Source of the DNA: an uncultured delta proteobacterium
GTDB taxonomy: Bacteria > Desulfobacterota > RBG-13-43-22
NCBI GenBank assembly: GCA_963790475.1
Contig: CAWBOS010000010.1
Span: 1,120,001-1,184,000, forward strand
Reading direction: 5' to 3'
DNA length: 64,000 bases
In this document: piece by piece, positions 10,511-21,000 of the stretch
How the letters are laid out: the number at the start of each line of letters is the position of its first letter
Numbering within the stretch: the first letter of the stretch is position 1
The notes under the pieces: generated by a model
Told to the model about the DNA's origin: nothing
Databases searched by the model: none
What the model saw: the letters and a program-made list of their open reading frames with translations, nothing else
Translations under genes and position numbers: made by a program

Positions 10511-12245
10511 ATGTCCAGAAAGATTGTAATTATCGGTGCGGTCGCCTTGGGTCCCAAGGCCGCCTGTCGGGTCCGTCGGGTGGATCCCACGGCCCAGGTG
10601 ACCTTAATCGATCAAAACCGGGATATTTCTTACGGCGGATGCGGAATCCCCTTTTTTGTTTCCGGCGATATCAACGATATTCAAGCCCTGATGTCCACTT
10701 CGTTTCATATGGTCCGCGATGAAAACTTTTTTCAAAGAAGCCAAAGGGGTCCAGGTTCGCAGTCAAACCAGGGCCTTGGCTATCAATCGCCGGCTTCATC
10801 AGCTCCGGATTCAGGACCTCATCACCGAAAAACAAGAAGATTTGCCATATGATGCCCTGGTCCTGGCCACCGGTTCTTCTCCGATCAGGCCGGAAATTCC
10901 AGGAATAAATCTCAAAGGGGTTACCACTCTCTCCAATCCCGCCGAAGCCTTGATGATTAAAAATGCCCTCAGTCAGGGTAAGGTAAATCATTGTGTCATT
11001 ATTGGTGCCGGCCCGATAGGGTTGGAGATGGCCCAGGCCGTGTCCGAGCTTTGGGGTGTGAAAACCTCTGTCCTTGAAATTCAGGATCAAATCCTGCCGG
11101 GACTCCTGGATCAGGATTTGTCCCGAATGGTTTTGACCGAATTAAAAAGTCATGAAGTGAATCTTTTTCTTAAGGAAAGAGGCGTCCGAATCCTTGGAGA
11201 TGACCAAGGTAAGGTCAAAAAGGTTATAACCAACAGACAGGAATTTCTGGCCGACCTGGTTATCCTGGCTGCCGGGGTTCGGCCCAATACGGCCTTAGCC
11301 GAACAGGCCGGACTAGTAATCGGCAAAACCGGAGGCATAGCCGTTAATGAATTTCTTCAGACCTCAGACCCTGACATTTATGCCGGTGGCGATTGTATTG
11401 AGGTTCTCCATTTGCTCACCCGACAACCGGTTTGGCATCCTTCCGGCTCTCTGGCCAATCGGCAGGGCCGGGTCATCGGAACAAACGCCGCCGGAGGCCG
11501 GGAAACCTTTCCCGGTGTCCTTGGGAGTTTTGCCGTTAAGCTTTTTGATCTTTCTGCCGGCCGTAGCGGATTGACCCAGGCCGCCGCCTTGCAAACAGGA
11601 TTTGATGCCCAAGAGGCCCTGGTCATCCAGGCCGACCGGGCTCACTTTTATCCGGGCCAGGAGCTTATGGCCTTGAAACTGGTAGCCGATCGAAAGACAA
11701 GGCGAGTCCTGGGTCTTTCAGGAGTGGCCAGAAATGGGGATGCCTTGATGGCCCGCCTTAATGCTATTGCCGGGGCGCTTCCCTATCGACCGACCATCGA
11801 AGATGTGGCCAATCTGGAAATCCCCTATTCCCCGCCTTTCTCAGGGGCCATGGATATTTTGAATGCCGTGGCCAATACCCTGAAAAACACCCTGGAAGGG
11901 AAAAATAGACCTTTACCGGTGGAACAATTTCAGGAAATCTTTGAAGGCAGGAAAGAAAACAATGTCCTGTTTTTGGACGTTAGGGGACCGCGCAACGCCC
12001 AGCCTTATGTCCAGAAGTTTTCCCCCGATTGGATCAATATTCCCGGGGAAACACTGGCCGGGCGTCTGGATGAGTTGTCCAGAGATAAAAAACTTCTGCT
12101 GATCTGCAACTCGGGAGTGCGTTCTTACGAAGCCCAGATTTTATTAGATGCGGAGGGCATCAGCAATACCCTGAATTTGGAAGGCGGGGTGGCGGCCGTC
12201 AAGTGGGCTGGACTGAATCCACTGGAAGAAGAGGAAACTGAATAA
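10511..12245 (+). CDS. CoA-disulfide/persulfide reductase-like FAD oxidoreductase with C-terminal rhodanese domain; frameshift at a T-run near 10725
   Basis: IIGAVALG and SYGGCG redox Cys in ORF 10511; LATGS, IGAGPIGLE, IYAGGDC, YSPPFS and rhodanese ICNSGVRS in ORF 10719. Confidence 0.88.
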
Positions 12246-12274
12246 AAAGAATCTAAAAATTAATCTTTTTTCTG

Positions 12275-12405
12275 TATGAACTCGCAAAAAGTCACCGAAA
12301 CCCACATTAGTCATTCCGGCGAAAGCCGGAATCCAGTGATTTTAAGTAGTTTTAATCTCCTGGACCCCGGCTTTCGCCGGGGTGACGATTTTTTCCGAGT
12401 CCATC
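12275..12405. mobile_element. MITE/REP-like element: outer imperfect TIRs enclosing a REP-type double palindrome
   Basis: ATGAACTCGCAAAAA / TTTTTCCGAGTCCAT ends; inner GTCATTCCGGCGAAAGCCGGAATCCAG ... CTGGACCCCGGCTTTCGCCGGGGTGAC. Confidence 0.75.
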
Positions 12406-12461
12406 TTTGTTTATTTCAAAAGCCCCTCGCCTGACTTTTTCTTCTTCTTTATAATTTATAG

Positions 12462-12962
12462 TCACTCTTCACCCTGGAGTATCTTCAGCTCCTCCTCCCC
12501 GACCACTTCCAGGAGAACTTCCCCTAACACTTTGGCCGTTTCCCCAACAAACCGTGTACATTCATCCCGCCTTCCATCCACCCGTCGGGCCTTGACATCC
12601 TCCGGATCATACCAGTTGCATCGGGAAATGGTTCGGCAACTGGTGTCTCCATATTTTTCTACCGCCATTTTTTTTAACCGGTCATAAAGGGTTTTAATGG
12701 TCGGGGTCAGACGAGCATCTTCCATTTCATCCTTATTAGCGCCGGCAAAGAGACAGCCGATCACCTGGGTGGCGCCGGCGATCGCCCCGCAAAAATCTCC
12801 CCGGTAGCATCCTCCGGTCAGACCGGCCATAGCCCGCATGGCCACATCCCTTTCCTCTTCACCGATCATATCCAGGCCCACGGCCAGGAGGGCCTGGGCT
12901 CAATACATCTCATTGGCAAACAAATCCATAGCTTTTTCCTGCATGCTCTCGGGTGTCACCAT
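12462..12962 (-). CDS. C-GCAxxG-C-C family protein, probable selenoprotein (in-frame UGA at codon 21)
   Basis: AAGGAG SD and ATG at 12962 give MVTPESMQEKAMDLFANEMY-U-AQALLAVG..., in frame with ORF 12462-12881. UGA at 12900-12902 occupies the family's first conserved Cys (xCAQA). CGAIAG, SC and EC motifs follow. Confidence 0.85.
12872..12897 (-). promoter_or_regulatory. Candidate bacterial SECIS hairpin
   Basis: CCAGGCCC-TCCTGGCCGT-GGGCCTGG, an 8-bp stem starting at the third base after the UGA. Confidence 0.5.
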
Positions 12963-13112
12963 AAACCATCTCTCCTTAAACAACTTATTTGCCTGCAATC
13001 GGCAGGCAATGGGTATTTTGCCTCTCGCCTCACACCTTTGGCCTGACCAAAACTATTTCCCGTTCCTTCGCAGGCTGGATTCTTGAAATCCCTAACACTC
13101 ACTTTACCATTG

Positions 13113-14267
13113 CTATATATATTGGTCCCCAAGCTCCGCCAGAAAGGACTCGATCCCATCCTTTCCCGGATGCTCAGTTCGTACTTCTTCAATCAGCTTT
13201 TCGATCTTTCTTTTTAGGACCAGGTCTTCCATATCCTTTACCGAACGGTAGGCCCCACCCCGGCGACCGAAACGATAGATCAAACGTTCTTCTTCAGAAA
13301 GGTTAAGATAGGCATCCAGGCCGGCCAGCATCCGGCCTTTGTCCTGCGGAAGGGTGCCGGTTATATTTTCCAGGAGATTCATCATATGATCGGAGGTGAT
13401 AGTACTGGTTATCCCTTCCAGGTGGTCAATCATCAGTCTGATCTCTTCGACCATTTCATCATCGGTCAACGGCTGGAACAAACCTTCGGTCACTAATGCA
13501 GAAAGCGGGATTCTTTCGGGGATACGCAGAGACCGGAGGCGGATGTAATCCGGATTCATGGCATTCAATACCCTGGCCGTCTCCAGGGCATTTTCTTGGG
13601 AAAGGCTTTTTCCACCCAGACCTGGCATCCAATATTCGGAAACAGACATCCCTGCTTCTTTGGCCTTCTTTCCGGCATCAATTTGCTCTGCAGACGTAAC
13701 CCCTTTTTTCATTAAAGTCAATACGGCATCCGAGCCGCTTTCCAGGCCGATATGAATGCGGTCTAATCCGGCTCTTCGAATGGCCGTAAGTTCTTCCAGG
13801 TTTTTCCGGCTCACTGTCTTGGCCCGGGCATAGGAGGTGATCCGGGTGATCCGGGGAATCACCTGACGCAGAAAATTCAGAATCTCCACCAGCTCTTCGG
13901 CCGGGAGGATCAGATTATTTCCATCCTGCAGAAAAACGGTATATTCCTGGTAGAACATCCAGGCGGCTACATTTTTATAGGCCTGAGAATAATCCGGGGA
14001 ATGAAACACCGAGGTGATTACCCGGTCATCGATCCGCCCGCTGCTGCCCAACTGCGAGGAGAGTTCTTCCAGTTCGGCAATAATCCCGGCGATGATTCTA
14101 ATGTCTTCTTTGATCTCTTGGATGTTCCTCCTGGAGAATCGGGTCCCCTTGTAAACCCCGCAGAACAGACATTTATTCCAGGAACAGTTCCGGGTCAGCC
14201 TGATCAACAGACTCCTGGCTTCACTCGGAGGACGAATAGGCCCTTGTTCAAAATCCAACTTTTCCAT
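13113..14267 (-). CDS. Radical SAM protein of unknown substrate
   Basis: IRPPSEA..CSWNKCLFC (CxxxCxxC); IHIGLESGSD. Confidence 0.88.
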   Translation of the reverse strand: MEKLDFEQGPIRPPSEARSLLIRLTRNCSWNKCLFCGVYKGTRFSRRNIQEIKEDIRIIAGIIAELEELSSQLGSSGRIDDRVITSVFHSPDYSQAYKNVAAWMFYQEYTVFLQDGNNLILPAEELVEILNFLRQVIPRITRITSYARAKTVSRKNLEELTAIRRAGLDRIHIGLESGSDAVLTLMKKGVTSAEQIDAGKKAKEAGMSVSEYWMPGLGGKSLSQENALETARVLNAMNPDYIRLRSLRIPERIPLSALVTEGLFQPLTDDEMVEEIRLMIDHLEGITSTITSDHMMNLLENITGTLPQDKGRMLAGLDAYLNLSEEERLIYRFGRRGGAYRSVKDMEDLVLKRKIEKLIEEVRTEHPGKDGIESFLAELGDQYI

Positions 14268-14590
14268 GACCTTGCTCCAACAATCTTTTTACAAGCTTTA
14301 TATTAAACATCCCGAGACCCTTTGACAATCCCCAAGTATAGAGAATACTTTTCCACAATCAGAGAATCAATTTAACTTCTCCCTGCCTGTCTCGTTCTAA
14401 ATACTTGAATATTTCTTCAATAGCCAAAAATGGAAGGAAAGAAAGAAAGAGAATATTTTCATTTTAGGCGAGAGGCCCGCAACTATAAGAACAATTCCCC
14501 CGAGGTGATTTCGGTGGATTTGTGGCCGATAGGGTTTTTGGTCTGACAAAGTCGCCTGTTACTAAACTCGATTTTATCGGAGAGGGGTCA

Positions 14591-15046
14591 TCAGGAAGCC
14601 GTTATGACCACGGTCCCTTGAAGAATAGTGCCGGCAACCGTCGCGGTAATCGTATCATCGGTTGCAGTCGAAGGGGCCTTATAATCAGCGATGAATACGC
14701 CCCCCGTGGTATTGCCAATTAAAGTGACATTCGATCCGTTAAAGGTTCCCGCTCGGGAAGAAGTCAGGATAATGGAGGCATCGGTCCTTTTTCCCGAAGC
14801 ATCAGTGACGATCACAGTGATGGTCGTGGTCGCCCCGACGGCAATAGAGTTGCTTCCCGCACTGATAGTGACATTGGCCGCAGCGCCCCCGGAACTCCCG
14901 GATCCGGATGTCGTGCCGCTGGTTACGCTGTTTTGCTTATTGATATCCGAGTTGTCGCACCCCAAAAAGATAAAAAGGGCGGCACTCAGTAATAACAACA
15001 AGAAAACGGGAGAAATCGATTTATGAGACATAGGCTTTATTCCCAA
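14591..15046 (-). CDS. Lipoprotein with Ig-like (Big_1/invasin-type) domain
   Basis: Hydrophobic signal with FLGC lipobox, Ser/Gly linker, Thr/Val-rich beta domain (TITVIVTDASG, TITATVAG); overlaps the gspG stop. Confidence 0.7.
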   Translation of the reverse strand: MGIKPMSHKSISPVFLLLLLSAALFIFLGCDNSDINKQNSVTSGTTSGSGSSGGAAANVTISAGSNSIAVGATTTITVIVTDASGKRTDASIILTSSRAGTFNGSNVTLIGNTTGGVFIADYKAPSTATDDTITATVAGTILQGTVVITAS

Positions 15047-15468
15047 TTATTGACATCTTTATCCTCCCCTTCTCCACCAGGTTTGTTATCGCGGCCATAG
15101 GAAAAGAGATCATATTCTCCATGAGTACCAGGAAATTGATAGTTGTAGGGATTCCCCCAGGGGTCAATAGGGACATTTTTCTTTAAATAGGGACCATCCC
15201 ACTTTTCCTGCCCCGGATTGACCATCAAGGCGTTCAACCCCTCCTGAGAGGAAGGATATGAGCCAATATCCAATCGATATTGATCCAGGGCCTGACCCAA
15301 TAACTCGATCTGGGCCTTGGCCGCAGCTTGCTTCCCTTTGCCCAATTTCGGGAATAGCCTGGGGGCCACCAGGGCAGCCAGCAGGCCGATTATGACCATG
15401 ACTACCATAAGTTCGATCAGGGTGAAGCCGCGATGATCCGCTCCGGAACGCCTTTGGAAACTCTTCAT
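15037..15468 (-). CDS. gspG: T2SS major pseudopilin GspG
   Basis: GFTLIELMVV, LDQYRLDIGSYP, WDGPYL, DPWGNPY and SYGRD motifs. Confidence 0.96.
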   Translation of the reverse strand: MKSFQRRSGADHRGFTLIELMVVMVIIGLLAALVAPRLFPKLGKGKQAAAKAQIELLGQALDQYRLDIGSYPSSQEGLNALMVNPGQEKWDGPYLKKNVPIDPWGNPYNYQFPGTHGEYDLFSYGRDNKPGGEGEDKDVNNWE

Positions 15469-15793
15469 ATTCCCTTTCCCGTTTATCCATGTTACTTGTG
15501 CTTTTATGATTAATTAAAAACCATTACGGATGGTTAGTCAATAAAAAAATCAAAACACCTCCAGGAACACGATTTTATCTCCTCCGGTTATTGGAGAATA
15601 GCCCGGGTTTGCTTCCAAACCTCGCCCACTGGTTTGGATACGGTCAACCGCCAATCGGAAAAAGAAGGGGCCGGTTGGTTTAAAAATTATTTCTTATCTG
15701 TCAAAACTGGCAACTTTTTATGTTGTCTATTTTTGAATTTTAGTGTAAGAAATTAGAGTTGTATAATCAATCCACTTAAGGAGGAAAGATTTT

Positions 15794-17919
15794 TTGGGAA
15801 AAAGGGCGACCCGATTCATTTTGGTGAGGTTTCTCCAAGTCATAGTTTTTTGGCTATTCTTGGGTTCACCTTTACTGGCTCAACCCCCCCTTCCCAAAGA
15901 TTTAGCCCAAGTTCAATCTCCCTCGGCTCAACCCTCCCTTCCGGCTGCAGAATCCAAGGAAATTCCATTACCTATTCCTACTTCGGGACAGCCTTCAGAT
16001 TCGCCCAATGCATTTCCTGAAAACGGCAAGCCTGCCCCTCAAGCATTTCCTATGAATATGCCCCCGAATCAACTCCAGCCGGGTCAACCCTCCATTCCTT
16101 CACCGGCACCCAGAACAATGCCGTCGCCGTCCTCGATTCCCGGACAGCCATCAGGGCCATCGGCCATAAAAGCGCCTGAAACCGGAAGACCGGAACCGCT
16201 CAATCAACCAAAACCTTCCCTAAAAGAGGGGAAGTCAGTTTTAATTTTGATGATGCCGATGTCTATTCCGTCATCCAGACTATTTTTGGAGGGGTCCTAA
16301 AATTCAATTATATTATCGACCCTAAAGTCAAAGGACGGGTTAATTTCAGATCCGTGTCCCCGGTATCCAGGGAAGATGTCCTGCCTTTAATGGAGGTCAT
16401 TTTACGATTAAACGGGATTGGCATTGTTGAAGAGGGCGGCCTTTATCGCATCATCCCCATCGGGGACATGCCCAGAGAACCGGCCCCGGTCAAAATCGGA
16501 CGGGACCCAAACAAGGTAACTTTGCAAGGTCTGGGATTACTTCAAGTCGTTCCTATCAAATTTGTTACCTCTACGGAAATGGTCAAGGTTCTGACCCCTT
16601 TTCTGTCCACGAATGCGGTGATGGTGGATGTGCCTAAAATAAATTATCTCATTCTGGTGGATACGGATGCCAATGTAAAAAGACTCCTGCAATTAGTAGA
16701 GATATTCGATAGCGAACAGCTCAAACAAATAAAGCCTCAAGTCTTTGTCTATCCGGTTCAAAACGGGAAGGCCAAGGACCTGGCCAGCCTATTGCAGGAA
16801 ATATACCTGGGAGCAAAGGCCCCTGCAAAAACATCTACAACCACCACCGCTGCGGGCAAACCGGGAGCCACCGGCCAACCTGCCACTCCAGCCCCTTCTG
16901 TTCTCTCCCCACAAATGTCAACCACCACTGTAGGGGGGTCTTCCGGAGAGGCCCTGGTGGCTGAAATAACCAAAATTTTTCCTGACGAGACTACCAATTC
17001 ACTGGTCATCCTGGCCACTCCCGAGGACTATTCCCTTATCCTGGAGACCTTGAAAAAGCTTGACCAGGTCCCCAGACAGGTAATGATTGAAGTACTCATT
17101 GCCGAGATCACCTTAACCAACGAGCTAAAGTTCGGCTTAGAGTGGTCCCTGCAAGGAATGTTGGGTCAAGGATTTACTAGTGTCACAGGAAGTTTTATCC
17201 CGACTACGACCACCAGTTCGTCCACAAGTTCAGGTACTACAACAACAGTACCGGCACCGGGATTTTCTTTTTTGGGAATTGATAAAACCGGACTGATCCG
17301 GGGATTCTTGCAGACTTTGGCTACCCAGGGAAAGACCAATGTCCTGGCCTCCCCCCATATCCTGGCCGCCGATAACCGCAAGGCCAAGATCCAGATCGGC
17401 AGTCAGGTCCCCATTGTCACGGACGTACTAAGCACCACGGTAACCACCCAATCCGTGCAATATAAAGATACCGGGGTGATCCTGGAAATAACGCCGTCCA
17501 TCAATGACAGCGGTCTGGTATCGATGGAGATCAAGCAGGAGGTTTCCAGTTTTATTTTCCAGCAAATCGGCACCAACAACTTCCCGGTATTTACCAAAAG
17601 AGAGGCCTCCACCTATCTGGTGGCCCAGGATGGACAGACTATTGTCATCGGCGGACTGATACAAGAAAATAAAGGAAAAACCCGATCAGGACTCCCCTTT
17701 CTCAGTAAAATTCCCATCCTCGGATATCTTTTCGGCTATACGGATGACACTTTTGACAGAACAGAAATCATCTTATTGCTCACACCCAGGGTCGTCAAAA
17801 ATCAAAAGGAAGCGGAAAACCTGACAAATTATTATATCTATCGGCTGGATAAGAGTATTAACAAGCAAATTAGAAAGGAAAATTTAATCCCTCAACAAGG
17901 GAAAAAAGACGCGCAATGA
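15794..17919 (+). CDS. gspD: T2SS secretin GspD with Pro-rich N-terminal extension; frameshift near 16220
   Basis: Signal peptide and Pro-rich region in ORF 15794. The shifted frame continues VSFNFDDADV..NYIIDPKVKGRVNF into ORF 16354, which has QVMIEVLIAE, DGQTIVIGGL and LPFLSKIPILGYLF. Confidence 0.92.
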
Positions 17920-17997
17920 CGGATAATGGGTATCGGGTTACAAGGCATGGAGATCCGTTGCAATAACAAAGAAATAATCAATTCTTGAATCTTTCCT

Positions 17998-18792
17998 TTA
18001 AGAACCAGGGGGAATGGGTTGCCCAGGTTGAACCCCTGGGGAGGGAAATCCTGGCATTCGACCGGTAGGAATAGGCCTGATAGGCCTTTGCCCCGGATTC
18101 GGAGTGGGCATCCTTGAAGGCTGAGGAAATGCTGGCTGCGGAACCGCAGACTGCGGAAGTGCAGGCTGAGGCATTGAGGGACTTGGAGCGGGCATACCCG
18201 CCGGCGGAACCGGCGTTCTGGGCCCCGGCCCCGAGATCGTTTCCCTGGCCTTGGATGAACCTGGTTCTTGCAGAAGAACTTGTATGGCTTCTTCTCCCCG
18301 GGTCATGATCACCTTGTCGGTCATAACTTCTTTCAACATGAAACCACTTAAGGACTCACCAATCTTCAAAGCGGTTTGTCTTTGTCCCCTTCCGGGAGTC
18401 GTCACCGGGGCCTTTTTGTCTTCCAAATAGGCCATCCTTAAATCAGGGGTGATCAAGGTTCCAAAGAGGATGAATTCCGGTTTGGGAAGGACGGATTCCG
18501 GTTTTTTTTCAGGCAGGATGATCCGATCCGGATGAAATAGATTTTGATCGGCAATGACCCTGTATTCCTGAGGCGAGAGCGTTTGGGTTTTCAAGGATTC
18601 AAAGGGGTTCTTATCGGCCTGTTTCTTGGGGATGGGGGGGACTACAAAGGTGACATCCGTATCCAGTCTGGGAAAAAGGAACCCATAAAGAAATATAAGG
18701 GATACGGTGATCAGGATACAGTTCAACAGATTGATGTTTTTTAGAAGCCGCATCAGCCCCACTTTACTTGCCCCCGTAAAGGGCGGTGACAT
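17998..18792 (-). CDS. GspC-like T2SS protein (TM helix + HR domain + Pro-rich tail)
   Basis: One TM helix; NLFHPDR, ILFGTL and LKIGESLSGFMLKEV resemble the GspC/PilP HR domain; last gene of the gsp operon. Confidence 0.65.
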   Translation of the reverse strand: MSPPFTGASKVGLMRLLKNINLLNCILITVSLIFLYGFLFPRLDTDVTFVVPPIPKKQADKNPFESLKTQTLSPQEYRVIADQNLFHPDRIILPEKKPESVLPKPEFILFGTLITPDLRMAYLEDKKAPVTTPGRGQRQTALKIGESLSGFMLKEVMTDKVIMTRGEEAIQVLLQEPGSSKARETISGPGPRTPVPPAGMPAPSPSMPQPALPQSAVPQPAFPQPSRMPTPNPGQRPIRPIPTGRMPGFPSPGVQPGQPIPPGS

Positions 18793-19417
18793 CCAACTTC
18801 ACCATGAGTTCTCTCGGTTCTTTAAAATTTCTGACCCGGCAGTCCAGTTCTTTAATCACCAGGGAAGGGATCCGGGTCTCCACAAAAAAAATAATGTCTC
18901 GTAAAGCCCCTGTGTCCGGGGCTGTAAAATCAAAACTCACGCTGACAAATTTGAACCGACTTTTATCTTCCGGTTTCTCTTTTTTGGCTTTAGGCCCTTT
19001 CTCCGGTTTTTGGCTTTTCAAGGCCTCTTTGGACGGCCCAACCGGCCCGGTAGCCATCTCTTCTTCCTTCCCCATCCGTTCACTGGAGATCACTCCACCC
19101 CGGCTGGTAATAATACCTTTGACCATTTCTTGAAGACTGGCCGCGGCCAGGGAAAAGGTCTCTCCTTCGATCAGTTTTGCCGTTTCGGTTTTCCTTTTTT
19201 CCTTAACGGCCAGGAGTCTCTTTTCAAGATCGGGCTTCTCGGCAATGATGGTCAGGTATTTTTCAAGCGTTTTGGTCTTACTGTTTTGCTCCTCCTGGAT
19301 CAAAGCCAATTCTTGGCGAATTCGCACAAAGCCGTATTGATAAATGACCAATCCGGTCAGGATGACCAGGATAGGGACTGCTATTATCAATAATCTGTTT
19401 TTCTTCATGTCAGACAC
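18764..19417 (-). CDS. gspM: T2SS protein GspM
   Basis: N-terminal TM, coiled coil, AAASLQEMVK, ferredoxin-like C domain; follows gspL. Confidence 0.75.
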   Translation of the reverse strand: MSDMKKNRLLIIAVPILVILTGLVIYQYGFVRIRQELALIQEEQNSKTKTLEKYLTIIAEKPDLEKRLLAVKEKRKTETAKLIEGETFSLAAASLQEMVKGIITSRGGVISSERMGKEEEMATGPVGPSKEALKSQKPEKGPKAKKEKPEDKSRFKFVSVSFDFTAPDTGALRDIIFFVETRIPSLVIKELDCRVRNFKEPRELMVKLDVTALYGGK

Positions 19418-19479
19418 TTAACTCCGCTTGCACGGGCTCCGCGGAAAAATAAAAATTGCTTTTGCGGACCGCCAAATGA

Positions 19480-21000
19480 TTAACGTCGAACCGCATCTTC
19501 TTTCCGAAAACCTTCAAGTTCCATTTTGATCTGAAAACGATCCATATTCTGTCTCGGGTCTCGGAAAGTCGGGGCCGAAAACTCCACTTTCTGAAAAAGG
19601 GGCGATGCTTCCAACCTGGAGATCAATGACGTGGCCGAAGGGGAATACCCTTCAATATTGACCTGAGATTCGAAAAATCTGGCCCGGGTCAGCCAGGTAT
19701 TCTTTGGCAGTACCACGGTCAATTCTTTCAGGATATCGGAACTCAAAGGTTTTGACTGTTTGAAATCATTGATCAGAAGAACTTCTTTATAAACCGTTTC
19801 AATCTCTTTTTTGAGGCTCTCCACCTTTTTAATTTCCACCTTTTTTGAAGCAATCAGCTTTTCAATATTTTGAAGTCTCTCCTTTTCCACCTCAATCGGG
19901 GTTATCCAATAGATTCCAAACAGTACCCCCAGGGCCAGGACCAGCAAGATGGTAATCACCAACGGGGGTTTTGACTTTTTGTGAAGACCCTTCAGGAGTA
20001 AGTTGATACCCAAAGAACTGCTCCATAGAGATTCTAAGACACCCCCCAGGGCTGGATAGGGGACCTGATCTTGTTTTCTTACCCCAGCTCCAAACCCCAT
20101 CTCCACTTCATCCAAAAATTGAATGGGCCGTTCTATACGGGATTTAATCTCTTCTCTCAGAGAAGCCCTTTTACCTTTCAGATCAAAAATGGCCTCCTCC
20201 AACGGATTCAACTCCCCTGAAAAAGGGGCGGATGATTCTATTTCCTGATCGATCCGGGTCACGATGGTCTTTTCATCCCTGGTCGGAAAAACACCGGAAA
20301 AGACCTTCAAGGAAATATTCGATCGATAGAATATCCCCTCATATTGTTTTTCATCGATTCCGACAAAAAGCACGCGATCCGTTTTATGAATATACCGCCA
20401 AAGGGTCCCTATTCCCAACAGGTTCACCGTGATTTGATCGACTTTAAATCCTTTTTCCTGGATGGCTTTCAGGTAAGGGTTAACGAGCTCCATGCGGATG
20501 GCCGCTACCAGGATGCTGACCTTTCCCGCATCTTCTTTGAAGACCCGAAAGTCATAAAAGGCATTTTCGGGAGTGAATGGGGTTATCCGGTCCAGTTCAA
20601 AGGCAATGACATTGGAAATGTTTTCCAGTACGCTGGTGGGATAGTCTACTGTTTTGACGACCGCCCAGGCTTTGGGAAGGCTCAGCGTCAGGTGGCATCT
20701 TTCCGCCCTTAGTTCCGCCCTGGCCAAACCGAGACAAGAGGTCAAAAATTCAGGGGAGGGATACTCGTTTTCGGCCTGAAGATACTTCTTGGACCCTATA
20801 ATTTTTATCCGGGAAAAAAATCGGGACCCAACAGCAACAGAGACCTCTCCTTTTTCAACGGCCAGGCAAAGGGTTTTTTTAAAAGAAATCCGGTCATCCG
20901 CCGGACTTAGAAAAAACACCCCTCCGAGGGGTTTTCTCATTTTCTGCCAAGCCGACCGGATGAGATTGATGGTCTCTTTGTTTTTATGAAGGGTTTTCAT
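19480..21000 (-). CDS. gspL: T2SS protein GspL (actin-like cytoplasmic domain + PilN domain)
   Basis: FELDRITPF, INLL before the TM, LPKNTWLTR, IEGYSPSATSLISRLEASPLF. Confidence 0.8.
   Translation of the reverse strand: MKTLHKNKETINLIRSAWQKMRKPLGGVFFLSPADDRISFKKTLCLAVEKGEVSVAVGSRFFSRIKIIGSKKYLQAENEYPSPEFLTSCLGLARAELRAERCHLTLSLPKAWAVVKTVDYPTSVLENISNVIAFELDRITPFTPENAFYDFRVFKEDAGKVSILVAAIRMELVNPYLKAIQEKGFKVDQITVNLLGIGTLWRYIHKTDRVLFVGIDEKQYEGIFYRSNISLKVFSGVFPTRDEKTIVTRIDQEIESSAPFSGELNPLEEAIFDLKGKRASLREEIKSRIERPIQFLDEVEMGFGAGVRKQDQVPYPALGGVLESLWSSSLGINLLLKGLHKKSKPPLVITILLVLALGVLFGIYWITPIEVEKERLQNIEKLIASKKVEIKKVESLKKEIETVYKEVLLINDFKQSKPLSSDILKELTVVLPKNTWLTRARFFESQVNIEGYSPSATSLISRLEASPLFQKVEFSAPTFRDPRQNMDRFQIKMELEGFRKEDAVRR

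Noticed and set aside
15585-15685. Possible c-di-GMP riboswitch between gspG and gspD
   Set aside because: Some hairpins and a GCAAACC on the minus strand, but no GAAA tetraloop/receptor or second GCAAA stem could be matched.
1900-16300. Programmed ribosomal frameshifting in dxr, cdsA, gspD and others
   Set aside because: No shared slippery heptamer or stimulatory structure, and these families are not known to be recoded; assembly indels are simpler.
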